From: Gemmatimonadales bacterium
GTDB lineage: Bacteria; Gemmatimonadota; Gemmatimonadetes; Gemmatimonadales; GWC2-71-9
NCBI GenBank assembly: GCA_035553475.1
Contig: DATNDQ010000035.1
Span: forward strand, 7,075 to 71,074
Direction of reading: 5' to 3'
DNA: 64,000 bases
Below, in pieces: positions 46,290 through 54,259 of the stretch. The notes beneath the pieces were generated by a model. It worked only from the letters and a program-made list of their open reading frames with translations. It made no database searches and was not told the origin of the DNA. Position numbers and translations under genes: made by a program. Within the stretch, counting starts at the first letter, position 1; every line of letters begins with the position of its first letter.

Positions 46290-46815
46290 TCCCCGTCAGC
46301 TGCTTCATGCGTTCCTTCCGGTCCTCCTCCGCCTGCTTCCGCTGATCGCTGCGCCAATCCTTGTAATCCTTGAAGTGCGGCTTTGTGAAGATCTTCTTGA
46401 CCCGGTCGTCGAAATGGTCGTCTTCCTTGGCCAGCCGGTCGCCAAGATGCCGCAACATGGGGAAGTAGGCGCGAGCGGACTCGCGGTCTCCCGACTGCCA
46501 GAGCTGGTCGATGTGCTGACGCACGGCGGTCGCCGTGTCGCGCAAGGCCTTGGTCGCCACCATGAACGAATCGTAGGCCACCCGGTAGGCTTTCCCTTCG
46601 GCGGTATCCAGCTCGAACCGGTCGATCACGAAGTCCGGGATGGCGGGTCCCGCCAGATCTTCGGGCGAGGGAAGGGGATCCATGATGGTCGTCGGACGGG
46701 GCGTGTCTCCCATTCCCGACCGCCCGGTCCCATTCCCCACGCCACCCGTGCCGTACGGAGACTGGGCGACTGCCGGGGCCGAGAGCAACAGCATGAACGC
46801 GATGATCCGCCGCAT
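46273..46815 (-). CDS. secreted helical hypothetical protein
   Basis: 180 aa with a signal peptide (MRRIIAFMLLLSAPAVA-QS), a GAGGAGG Shine-Dalgarno sequence and a TAGATT -10-like box upstream. The C-terminal half is charged and helical. It is divergent from the ECF sigma operon. Its 3' end overlaps fdhD by 17 nt. Confidence 0.6.
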   Translation of the reverse strand: MRRIIAFMLLLSAPAVAQSPYGTGGVGNGTGRSGMGDTPRPTTIMDPLPSPEDLAGPAIPDFVIDRFELDTAEGKAYRVAYDSFMVATKALRDTATAVRQHIDQLWQSGDRESARAYFPMLRHLGDRLAKEDDHFDDRVKKIFTKPHFKDYKDWRSDQRKQAEEDRKERMKQLTGTNPGR

Positions 46816-46861
46816 GGAATCCTCCTCTCGCTAATCTACACCGCTCACCCCTGGAGGGTGG

Positions 46862-46889
46862 TCAACCGCAGGGTGCGGGTCCCCGTAAG
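46862..46889 (+). promoter_or_regulatory. ECF-type promoter candidate (TCAACC-N16-CGTAAG) upstream of the ECF sigma gene
   Basis: It has an AAC core at -35 and a CGT core at -10 with a 16-nt spacer, about 30 nt upstream of ATG 46920. This is the classic autoregulatory layout. Confidence 0.4.
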
Positions 46890-46919
46890 TGTGGTGTGAC
46901 CGCCAGGGCCCGAGGGGTG

Positions 46920-47480
46920 ATGCCGGATCCGAGTCCGGAAGATGAAAGGGCGATCGTTGCGCGGGCTCGGACTGGAGACCGCGAAGCGTTCGGCTCGCTC
47001 GTGGACCTCTATCAGGACGCCGTACGCCGGGTGACCAGGGCGGTCCTGCACGACGCCGAAGAGGCGGACGATGCGGCGCAGGACGCGTTCCTGTCGGCCC
47101 TGACCAAGCTCGCGCAGTATGACCCGGGACGGCCCTTTCGGCCCTGGCTCATGCGCATCGCGGCGAACGTGGCCATCGACCGGAAGCGCCGCCGGCAAGT
47201 GCGTCGGGGCCAACCCCTGGCGCCCGAAGCGCAGTCGCACGAACCGTCTCCGCAGCTGCACGCGGAACGGACCGCCCTCCGGGAGAAGCTCGAGGAAGCG
47301 ATGAGGCATTTGCCGGAGCGGTACCGCGTGGCGCTGGTTCTGTACGACGTAGAAGGCTATTCGCATCCGGAGATCGCCGAGATTCTCGGCATCCCGGTCG
47401 GCACGGTGCGGTCCGCGGTATTTCATGCCCGGCGGACGCTACGTCCCCTGTTGGAGGGGTGGAGGGAGGGGGGTTCATGA
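46920..47480 (+). CDS. ECF sigma-70 family factor
   Basis: ATG 46920 follows GAGGGG; the ORF track's GTG 46896 is also possible. Region 2 (DREAFGSLVDLYQDAVRRVTRAVLHDAEEADDAAQDAFL) and region 4 (LPERYRVALVLYDVEGYSHPEIAEILGIPVGTVRSAVFHARR) are present. Confidence 0.88.
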   Translation: MPDPSPEDERAIVARARTGDREAFGSLVDLYQDAVRRVTRAVLHDAEEADDAAQDAFLSALTKLAQYDPGRPFRPWLMRIAANVAIDRKRRRQVRRGQPLAPEAQSHEPSPQLHAERTALREKLEEAMRHLPERYRVALVLYDVEGYSHPEIAEILGIPVGTVRSAVFHARRTLRPLLEGWREGGS

Positions 47481-47839
47481 TTCTCGAGTTCGATTCGCAC
47501 GATGCTCCGACAGATCCCAAGGTCAAGGCTGCGCTCGAGTGGATGCTGCCGGTGACCGGGCGAGAGGAATTCCGCGCCCAGGTGATTGCCCGGGCCCAGG
47601 ACCTGCGAGTGCGTCCCCTCAGCACCCTGGATCGCTGGGCGCGCCCGGCGCTCGCGGCCGCCGCCACGATCGCGCTGGCGGCGTGGGTGGCCGGCGGTCT
47701 GCTCGAGCCCGCGTCCACGGACACCCTCTCGCTGGACGGCGCCATGGTGAGCTCGGCCACCGGGAGCCCGCCCTCGGCCTTCATTGCCTCCCCGCGCCCA
47801 CCTGACGCCGACGCCATCGCCGGGCTGGTGACGCCATGA
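47477..47839 (+). CDS. putative anti-sigma factor (single TM)
   Basis: 120 aa with an ATGA overlap with the sigma gene. A central TM segment is present (PALAAAATIALAAWVAGGLL). The assignment is positional only. Confidence 0.5.
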   Translation: MILEFDSHDAPTDPKVKAALEWMLPVTGREEFRAQVIARAQDLRVRPLSTLDRWARPALAAAATIALAAWVAGGLLEPASTDTLSLDGAMVSSATGSPPSAFIASPRPPDADAIAGLVTP

Positions 47840-48264
47840 CCGGACTCCCGGTGCAGAGCGGCCGCGGTTCACGTGGCTGGGTCCTGGCGGCCTTCCTCGT
47901 CACGTTCCTGGCGGGTGCGGCAGTCGATCACGGCGTGATTGTCTGGAGACACCGCCACGATCCGATCATGTTCCGGCGCCCCATCGGTCGTCCTGACATG
48001 GTGTCCGGACTCACGAGGGAACTCGATCTCTCGCCGGTCCAACAGGACTCGGCCCGGGCGATTTTCGCGCGCCATCGCTGCGACCTGCGGGGCATCTGGC
48101 AGGCGGCGCACCCGAGGTTCGATTCTTTGCGGGTTCGTGTGGACTCGGAGCTCTCGGCGGTCCTCAATCCCGATCAGCGCGCCAAGTTTCTGCGGCTTGC
48201 CGGTCGCCATGATCACCGGCCGCCGCCTCCAATGGCCGCCGACTCGGGGTGTGCCGGCTCCTGA
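47836..48264 (+). CDS. Spy/CpxP-like periplasmic protein (LTxxQ-type motifs), membrane anchored
   Basis: 142 aa with an ATGA overlap, an N-terminal TM segment and LTxxQ-like repeats (LDLSPVQQDSARAIF, LNPDQRAKFLRL). Confidence 0.6.
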   Translation: MTGLPVQSGRGSRGWVLAAFLVTFLAGAAVDHGVIVWRHRHDPIMFRRPIGRPDMVSGLTRELDLSPVQQDSARAIFARHRCDLRGIWQAAHPRFDSLRVRVDSELSAVLNPDQRAKFLRLAGRHDHRPPPPMAADSGCAGS

Positions 48265-48336
48265 CGGGCACACCCTCCCGAACTGGTGGTCCTTCGGCGA
48301 CGTTGTAGTCGGGAATGGGCCACTTCGGGAGCTGAC

Positions 48337-49242
48337 ATGGATGTGTTCGTCACCGGTGCCAGTGGGTACGTAGGAGGCGCAGCGGCTCGCGCCCTGCGGC
48401 GCGCCGGTCATCGGGTCTTCGGGTTGGTGCGGGGGGACCTGAAGGCGCGCGCCCTCGAATCCCATGAAATCATCCCCGTCATCGGTGATCTCGCCGATCC
48501 CACTACCTACACAAGCGCCGCGGCGCGTTGCGCCGTGGTCGTCCACGCCGCCTTCGACGACAAGTCCCGGGGCATCCCGAAAGACCGCGCGGCTGTGGAG
48601 GGCCTGCTCGAGGCCACTCGTCGGGGAGGGGGCGCGCAGGCCCGGACCTTCATCTACACCAGCGGCGTGTGGGTCCACGGGGACACGCGTGGCGCAGTCG
48701 TGGACGAGACCTCTCCACTCGATCCCCTCCCGTTGGTTTCCTGGCGGCCGCCCCATGAGACGCTCGTCCTCGAAGCCCAGGGAGTATGTGGCATCGTCCT
48801 GCGCCCGGGGTGCGTCTACGGCGGTTTGGGAGGGATGCCCGGTCAATGGTTCGCCTCCGCGGCGGAAGGTCTGCCACCCGAGATCGTGGGCGACGGGGCG
48901 AACCGCTGGGCCCTTGTGCACATCGAGGACCTTGGCGAAGCCTATCGCCTGGCTGCCGAAAGCGGGCTGGCTCGGGAAGTGTTCGACGTGGTAGAGCGCT
49001 CCGCCGAAACTGTCCGTGAGATGGCGGTGGCCGCAGCTCGCGCGGCGGGGTTGAGCGGCGAGATCCGTTCGCGGCCGCTCATCGATGCGCGGAAGTCGTT
49101 GGGGCCCTATGCGGACGCGCTCGCGGCGGACCAACGGATTGACGGCAGCAAGGCCGAGCGGCTGTTGGGGTGGCGTCCCCGGCATCGTGGTTTCGTGGCC
49201 GAAGCGGATGCCTTCTATGCAGCCTGGAGGGCCGCCCGATGA
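48337..49242 (+). CDS. NAD-dependent epimerase/dehydratase family protein
   Basis: 301 aa from ATG 48337, with a Rossmann motif (MDVFVTGASGYVGGAAARAL). Confidence 0.8.
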   Translation: MDVFVTGASGYVGGAAARALRRAGHRVFGLVRGDLKARALESHEIIPVIGDLADPTTYTSAAARCAVVVHAAFDDKSRGIPKDRAAVEGLLEATRRGGGAQARTFIYTSGVWVHGDTRGAVVDETSPLDPLPLVSWRPPHETLVLEAQGVCGIVLRPGCVYGGLGGMPGQWFASAAEGLPPEIVGDGANRWALVHIEDLGEAYRLAAESGLAREVFDVVERSAETVREMAVAAARAAGLSGEIRSRPLIDARKSLGPYADALAADQRIDGSKAERLLGWRPRHRGFVAEADAFYAAWRAAR

Positions 49243-50207
49243 AAGCGGTCAGAATCGAGACGCATGGTGGACCTGAGGTGCTGCGGCTGGTCGAGCTTCC
49301 CACGCCGAAACCGGGACCTGGGCAGGTACTGGTGGGCATCGAGGCGGTTGGCCTGAACTTCATCGATACCTACCAGCGCAGCGGGTTGTATCAGCTCGCG
49401 CTCCCCGCGGTACTGGGGCAGGAGGGGGCGGGGCGCGTGGTCAGCCTCGGCGCCGATGTGAAGACGCTCAAGGTGGGCGACCGTGTGGCATTCGCCCACG
49501 TCATGGGGGCGTACGCCGACAGTGTCGTCATTGCAGCGGACCGCCTGGTGCCGGTGCCCGATGGGGTCACCAGCCAGATCGCTGCGGCCGTGTTGCTCCA
49601 AGGGATGACCGTGCAATACCTGGTCACCGACACATTCGGATTGAAGCCGGGCCACACCTGCCTGATCCATGCTGCGGCCGGGGGCGTCGGCTTGCTTCTG
49701 ATCCAAGTCGCCAAGCTCAAGGGCGCGACTGTCATCGGCACTGTCTCGACGCCTGAGAAGGCCGAGCTGGCCCGGAGCGCCGGTGCCGACCATGTGATCA
49801 ACTACAGCAAGGAGGACTTTGAGCCGGCGGTGAGGCACCTGACGGGCGGGCGCGGGGTGCAGGTTGTCTACGATTCGGTTGGTAAGACGACGTTTGCGAA
49901 GAGCTTGAACGTTCTGGCGCCTCGCGGGATGCTGGTGACCTTCGGCCAGTCGAGTGGCGCCGTCCCCCCGTTTGATCCTTTACTGCTCAGCCAGCGGGGC
50001 TCGCTCTTTCTTACCCGACCCGTGCTCGGCCACTACATCGCGACGCGAGATGACCTGCTGGCGAGGGCGAACGAAACGCTCGGGTGGGTCGCCGGCGGAC
50101 GGCTGAAGGTGCGGATCGATTCCGAGTATCCGCTGGCGGCCGTGGCGGATGCACACCGGAGGCTCGAGTCGCGGCAGTCGGCAGGGAAAATACTTCTGAT
50201 CCCGTAA
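49239..50207 (+). CDS. qor: NADPH:quinone oxidoreductase (zeta-crystallin/Qor type MDR)
   Basis: 322 aa with an ATGA overlap. The sequence GGPEVLRLVELPTPKPGPGQVLV..AVGLNFIDTYQRSGLY..LGQEGAGRV and the motif AAAGGVG are present. Confidence 0.85.
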   Translation: MKAVRIETHGGPEVLRLVELPTPKPGPGQVLVGIEAVGLNFIDTYQRSGLYQLALPAVLGQEGAGRVVSLGADVKTLKVGDRVAFAHVMGAYADSVVIAADRLVPVPDGVTSQIAAAVLLQGMTVQYLVTDTFGLKPGHTCLIHAAAGGVGLLLIQVAKLKGATVIGTVSTPEKAELARSAGADHVINYSKEDFEPAVRHLTGGRGVQVVYDSVGKTTFAKSLNVLAPRGMLVTFGQSSGAVPPFDPLLLSQRGSLFLTRPVLGHYIATRDDLLARANETLGWVAGGRLKVRIDSEYPLAAVADAHRRLESRQSAGKILLIP

Positions 50208-50253
50208 GCCGATCCCCTAGCGCGAATGACGTTCGCTCCTACATTGGGGGGCC

Positions 50254-50520
50254 GTGGATACCAATCGGGAACGCCGCCGCAGCCAGAATGACCGCCGCGT
50301 CTTCGAGCGCCGGCGGAAGCTGGACCGCCGTTCGGGGGGCCATGCGCGCCACTCAATCGGGACGACGGTAGAGTCCGCCCGCGAGCACATCCGCAACGCG
50401 ATTCAGATTTTCAAACGAATCGGACACGGGGAGGCGCCGGCGGAGTGGACCTCCGATGCCGACGCCGCCATCAACCGCCTGACCCGCGCCCTCGCCGATC
50501 TGGACGCCGGCCGGATCTAG
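50254..50520 (+). CDS. small Arg-rich hypothetical protein (88 aa)
   Basis: A GTG start is preceded by TACATT 8 nt upstream. The N-terminus carries repeated (E/D)RR units (RERRRSQNDRRVFERRRKLDRRSGG) and the C-terminus is helical. No homology was recognised. Confidence 0.35.
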   Translation: MDTNRERRRSQNDRRVFERRRKLDRRSGGHARHSIGTTVESAREHIRNAIQIFKRIGHGEAPAEWTSDADAAINRLTRALADLDAGRI

Positions 50521-50529
50521 CCGCCGGCG

Positions 50530-51138
50530 TTACTTCGCCGCGGCGAACCGCCGCGCGACCTCAGGCCAATTCACGACGTTCCACCACGCCCCGATGTAAT
50601 CGGGCCGGCGGTTCTGGTATTTCAGGTAGTAAGCGTGCTCCCACACGTCGAGGCCCAGGATCGGCGTCTTGCCGTCCATCACCGGGCTGTCCTGATTCGC
50701 GCTGCTCGAGATCTCGACCTTCCCGCCGGCCGCGGTGAGCCAGGCCCACCCGCTGCCGAAGCGCGTCGTGCCGGCCGCCGCGAACGCTTCCTTGAACTTC
50801 GCGAAGTCTCCGAACGCCTTCTTGATGGCGTCCGCGAGTGCGCCGGTGGGCTCGCCGCCGGCCTTCGGGGCCATCACCGTCCAGAACAGCGAGTGATTGT
50901 GGTGCCCGCCCGCGTTGTTGCGGACCGCGGTGCGGATATCGTCAGGAACCGAGGCAATGCCCTTCAGCAGGTCGTCGAGGCTCTTGTTGTGGAGCTCGGG
51001 GTGCTTGTCGAGGGCGGCGTTCAGATTGTTGACGTACGCCTGATGATGCTTGCCGTGGTGGATCTGCATGGTCTGCGCGTCGATATGGGGTTCGAGCGCG
51101 GCGAAGTCGTAGGGAAGGGCGGGCAACGTGTGGGGCAT
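50530..51138 (-). CDS. sodA: Mn-type superoxide dismutase
   Basis: 202 aa from ATG 51138, with GGAG upstream. Motifs include [41 protein letters not shown], the Mn-type ANQDSP and [18 protein letters not shown]. The 375-aa ORF-track version was trimmed. Confidence 0.92.
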   Translation of the reverse strand: MPHTLPALPYDFAALEPHIDAQTMQIHHGKHHQAYVNNLNAALDKHPELHNKSLDDLLKGIASVPDDIRTAVRNNAGGHHNHSLFWTVMAPKAGGEPTGALADAIKKAFGDFAKFKEAFAAAGTTRFGSGWAWLTAAGGKVEISSSANQDSPVMDGKTPILGLDVWEHAYYLKYQNRRPDYIGAWWNVVNWPEVARRFAAAK

Positions 51139-51237
51139 ACGAGTCGTCACTCCAAAGTGGGGTCGAGCGGATCGGGTTGACTGAGAAAGGTAACACCCCC
51201 CGGTTGCCCCCGGTTCCGGGACCCACGAGTTTCCAGC

Positions 51238-51705
51238 ATGGCCGACGCGAAGCCCAGGATTGGAGCACCCGCACCCGAGTTTACCCTGTCGTCCACCGCC
51301 GGACGCGACGTTTCTCTCGGCGAGTTCCGGGGGAAGAAAAACGTGCTGCTCGCGTTTTTCCCCTTGGCGTTCACCAGCACCTGCACGGCCGAGATGTGCG
51401 CGTTCACCGATGACTTCGAAAAGTTCGCGTCGGCCGGCACGGTGGTACTTCCCATCAGCATCGATTCCGTGCCGACGCTCAAGGAATACAAGGCGAAGTA
51501 CGCGATGAAGGTGGACCTGCTCTCGGATTTCAGACGAGAGGTGTCCCGCCGCTACGATGTGCTCATCGAGGAGAAGTTCTTTTCCAAGCGGGCCTACTTC
51601 CTGATCGATCGCGCGGGCGTCCTCCGCTGGACGCACACGGAAGCCGAGCTGGGACACCGACGGGAGGACACCGAGCTCCTGGCGCAGATCGCCGCTCTGG
51701 GCTGA
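51238..51705 (+). CDS. peroxiredoxin, AhpE-like subfamily
   Basis: 155 aa with the sequence [28 protein letters not shown] containing the peroxidatic Cys. It is divergent from sodA. Confidence 0.85.
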   Translation: MADAKPRIGAPAPEFTLSSTAGRDVSLGEFRGKKNVLLAFFPLAFTSTCTAEMCAFTDDFEKFASAGTVVLPISIDSVPTLKEYKAKYAMKVDLLSDFRREVSRRYDVLIEEKFFSKRAYFLIDRAGVLRWTHTEAELGHRREDTELLAQIAALG

Positions 51706-51711
51706 CCGTCC

Positions 51712-53154
51712 TCAGTTGGGGAGGGGAATCAGGGCGGGCGTGGTCTTGAGAGGAACGGGGACGGCGAGTCCCAGCTGGCCCGAGGTGCCTTCACCCCAGC
51801 AATAGACGTGGCCGTCGGCGGTCATCGCGCAGACATGAGACGCGCCGGCCGCGATGGCGGTGAAGTGTTGACCGCCTTGCACCAGCGTCGGGGTCGATCG
51901 ATCGGTCTGTGTGCTGTCGCCCACCTGTCCGTTGTCGTTCGCACCCCAGCAGTAGGCCGATCCGCTGGTCGCCAATCCGCACGTGAAATCACTCCCCAGC
52001 GTCAGGACCGTGAACGACGGGCCCGACACCATCACCGGAGCGACCAGCGCACTATCCGGCGCCCCGGTGCCGGATTCTCCCCGCTGGTTGGATCCCCAGC
52101 AGTACGCGACCCCTGAGCTCAGTCCGCAGGTGTGATTACCTCCAGCCGCCAGGAGGTCGAACACCATCGACGTGCGCACCGAGTCGGGTTCCGTCTGCCC
52201 GGTCGTGGAAGAATCACCCAGCTGCCCGAGTGCATTCGCGCCCCAGCACAGGACCGCTCCGGTGCTGGTCTGCGCGCAGGTGTGTGAGGCGCCGGCCACG
52301 ATGGCCGTGACGGCACGCCCTTCGGCTGTGAGCGTCGGGACGTTCCGGCTGGTGGTGTCGCCCACGCCGAGCTCGCCCGAGCTGTTGCGACCCCAGCACT
52401 CGGCCACGTGTGTAGCCGTCAGCGCGCACGTATGATCTCCGCCGGCGGTCACCCCGACGAAATCAAATGGGGCCGTCGCCGTCGCGGGGAATGAAGTCCC
52501 GCCGGTCGTGCCAAATCCCAGCTGACCGAAGGTATTGTCACCCCAGCAGCGCATCTCGAAGTCCGTGCCGGAGCCGCACGTGTGCGTGTCTCCCGCGGCG
52601 ATCGTTTGAAACACGGCGCCTGACGCGATGGCCGTCGGGGCGGGCCGTTCCAGCACCTGCGGCTGGACGCCGAGTTGTCCTCCGTGGTCGGCGCCCCAGC
52701 AGTACACGCGGTGATTGGTGCCGATCGCGCAGCTGTGGGTCCCGCCCGACGCGATGCTCTGGTAAACGGTGCGCACGACGCGGATGCGGGTGGAATCCTT
52801 CAGGCCCGCCGTGCTCACCCGGACCATCGTGGTCCCGGAGTCGACGGCGATGGCGCGCCCGTTCGGGTCGATCGTGACCACGTTCGAGTCATCCACAGAC
52901 CACGTGACCGTCGTCACCAACGGCTGGCCCGCACTGTCCTTCACCGTGGCCAGCATCTGCAGGGTATCGTCCGCGAACAGGTTTGCGGAGTCAGGGCGGA
53001 GGGTCAGCGTCTTCGGTGCGTCGGTCGGAGTCGTGCCGCCGGTCGGCGGAGGCGGCGTGAACGGCGAGTCGCAAGCCGCGAGGATGACCAGGAGGACGAT
53101 CGGGGACGGTCGCACAGGTGCAGGGATATACCCCGCCGGCCTTGAGGGTGCCAA
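51712..53154 (-). CDS. lipoprotein with Big_2-like domain and seven RCC1-type repeats (beta-propeller)
   Basis: A lipobox is present (LVILAAC). There are seven repeats of H(T/S)C....CWG.N..GQLG (for example HTCALTATHVAECWGRNSSGELG). Confidence 0.8.
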   Translation of the reverse strand: MAPSRPAGYIPAPVRPSPIVLLVILAACDSPFTPPPPTGGTTPTDAPKTLTLRPDSANLFADDTLQMLATVKDSAGQPLVTTVTWSVDDSNVVTIDPNGRAIAVDSGTTMVRVSTAGLKDSTRIRVVRTVYQSIASGGTHSCAIGTNHRVYCWGADHGGQLGVQPQVLERPAPTAIASGAVFQTIAAGDTHTCGSGTDFEMRCWGDNTFGQLGFGTTGGTSFPATATAPFDFVGVTAGGDHTCALTATHVAECWGRNSSGELGVGDTTSRNVPTLTAEGRAVTAIVAGASHTCAQTSTGAVLCWGANALGQLGDSSTTGQTEPDSVRTSMVFDLLAAGGNHTCGLSSGVAYCWGSNQRGESGTGAPDSALVAPVMVSGPSFTVLTLGSDFTCGLATSGSAYCWGANDNGQVGDSTQTDRSTPTLVQGGQHFTAIAAGASHVCAMTADGHVYCWGEGTSGQLGLAVPVPLKTTPALIPLPN

Positions 53155-53179
53155 CTGGCGCGAGGCCTGAGGCGGTCAC

Positions 53180-53185
53180 TAGTTT
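53180..53185 (+). promoter_or_regulatory. -10-like hexamer TAGTTT 6 nt upstream of the ATG (possible leaderless ABC operon mRNA)
   Basis: TAGTTT-ctttca-ATG(53192); no Shine-Dalgarno sequence. Confidence 0.4.
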
Positions 53186-53191
53186 CTTTCA

Positions 53192-54259
53192 ATGTCCGCC
53201 GTCGCTCTCCGCGGAGTGACCAAGACCCTCGACTCCGCTTCTGCCCCCATCCTGGATCAGGTGTCGCTCGAGATCGCCGATGGGGAGTTTCTGACTCTTC
53301 TCGGACCCTCGGGCGGCGGCAAGACGACACTGCTCCGCTGCGTCGCGGGGCTCGAGCAGCCCACCGCCGGCGACGTGGTGATCGGCGATCAAGTCGTGAC
53401 CCGGTCACCTCCGGCGGCGCGGGACGTCGCGATGGTGTTCCAGGCGCAGGCGCTGTACCCCCATCTGACGGTCCGCGGGAATCTCGCGTTCCCCCTGGAA
53501 GTGCGGGGGGCCGGCCGCGCACTCATCTCGCGAAAAGTGCTGGCGCTGGCCGAGAATCTCGGACTCGAGCGCATGCTGGACCGGCGGCCCGCGAGCCTCT
53601 CCGGCGGTGAGCAGCAGCGCGTGGCCCTGGCGCGGGCGCTGGTCCGCGATCCGAAGGTCCTCCTGCTCGACGAACCGCTGGCGCATCTCGACCCGGTGTC
53701 ACGGGCGGATCTCGCCGCGGCCATCGCCCGGTGGCACACCGAGCGTCCGGTGACGACGCTGCACGTGACCCAGGACCTGACCGAGGCCTTCACGCTGGCG
53801 CGGCGTGTGGCCGTGCTCGATGGCGGCCGAATCCGGCAGACGGGCACGCCCCGCGACGTCTACCTGGCTCCCGCCGACACCCAGGTGGCCCGGATGATGG
53901 GCCGGCCGGGGATGAACGTGCTGGGCGGTACCGCCCACCACCTCAAGGCGGGGACCGAAGTCCAGTGCGGGCCGCTGCTCATCCCGGTCCCCCTCCGGGA
54001 ATACGAGGGCCAGATCACGATCGGTGTCCGTCCTGAGAACGTTTCGATCGGGCCCCCCGGGCGCGGGATGGGCGATGCGACGGCGCGGCTGATCGAGCCA
54101 TCGGGGCCCGACACCCTGCTGCATCTCGACACCGGCGAAGGCGTGATCGTCGCCCGGATTCCGGGTTTCCTGGACGTGACGCCCGGGACGCCGGTGGGCG
54201 TGACGTTCGACGTCACGCAGCTCCACTTCTTCGACTCGTCCGGCAAGCGACTCTCATGA
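53192..54259 (+). CDS. ABC transporter ATP-binding protein (MalK/UgpC-like, with C-terminal TOBE-type domain)
   Basis: 355 aa with Walker A (GPSGGGKTT), the ABC signature (LSGGEQQRVALARAL) and Walker B (LLLDEPL). Confidence 0.9.
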   Translation: MSAVALRGVTKTLDSASAPILDQVSLEIADGEFLTLLGPSGGGKTTLLRCVAGLEQPTAGDVVIGDQVVTRSPPAARDVAMVFQAQALYPHLTVRGNLAFPLEVRGAGRALISRKVLALAENLGLERMLDRRPASLSGGEQQRVALARALVRDPKVLLLDEPLAHLDPVSRADLAAAIARWHTERPVTTLHVTQDLTEAFTLARRVAVLDGGRIRQTGTPRDVYLAPADTQVARMMGRPGMNVLGGTAHHLKAGTEVQCGPLLIPVPLREYEGQITIGVRPENVSIGPPGRGMGDATARLIEPSGPDTLLHLDTGEGVIVARIPGFLDVTPGTPVGVTFDVTQLHFFDSSGKRLS

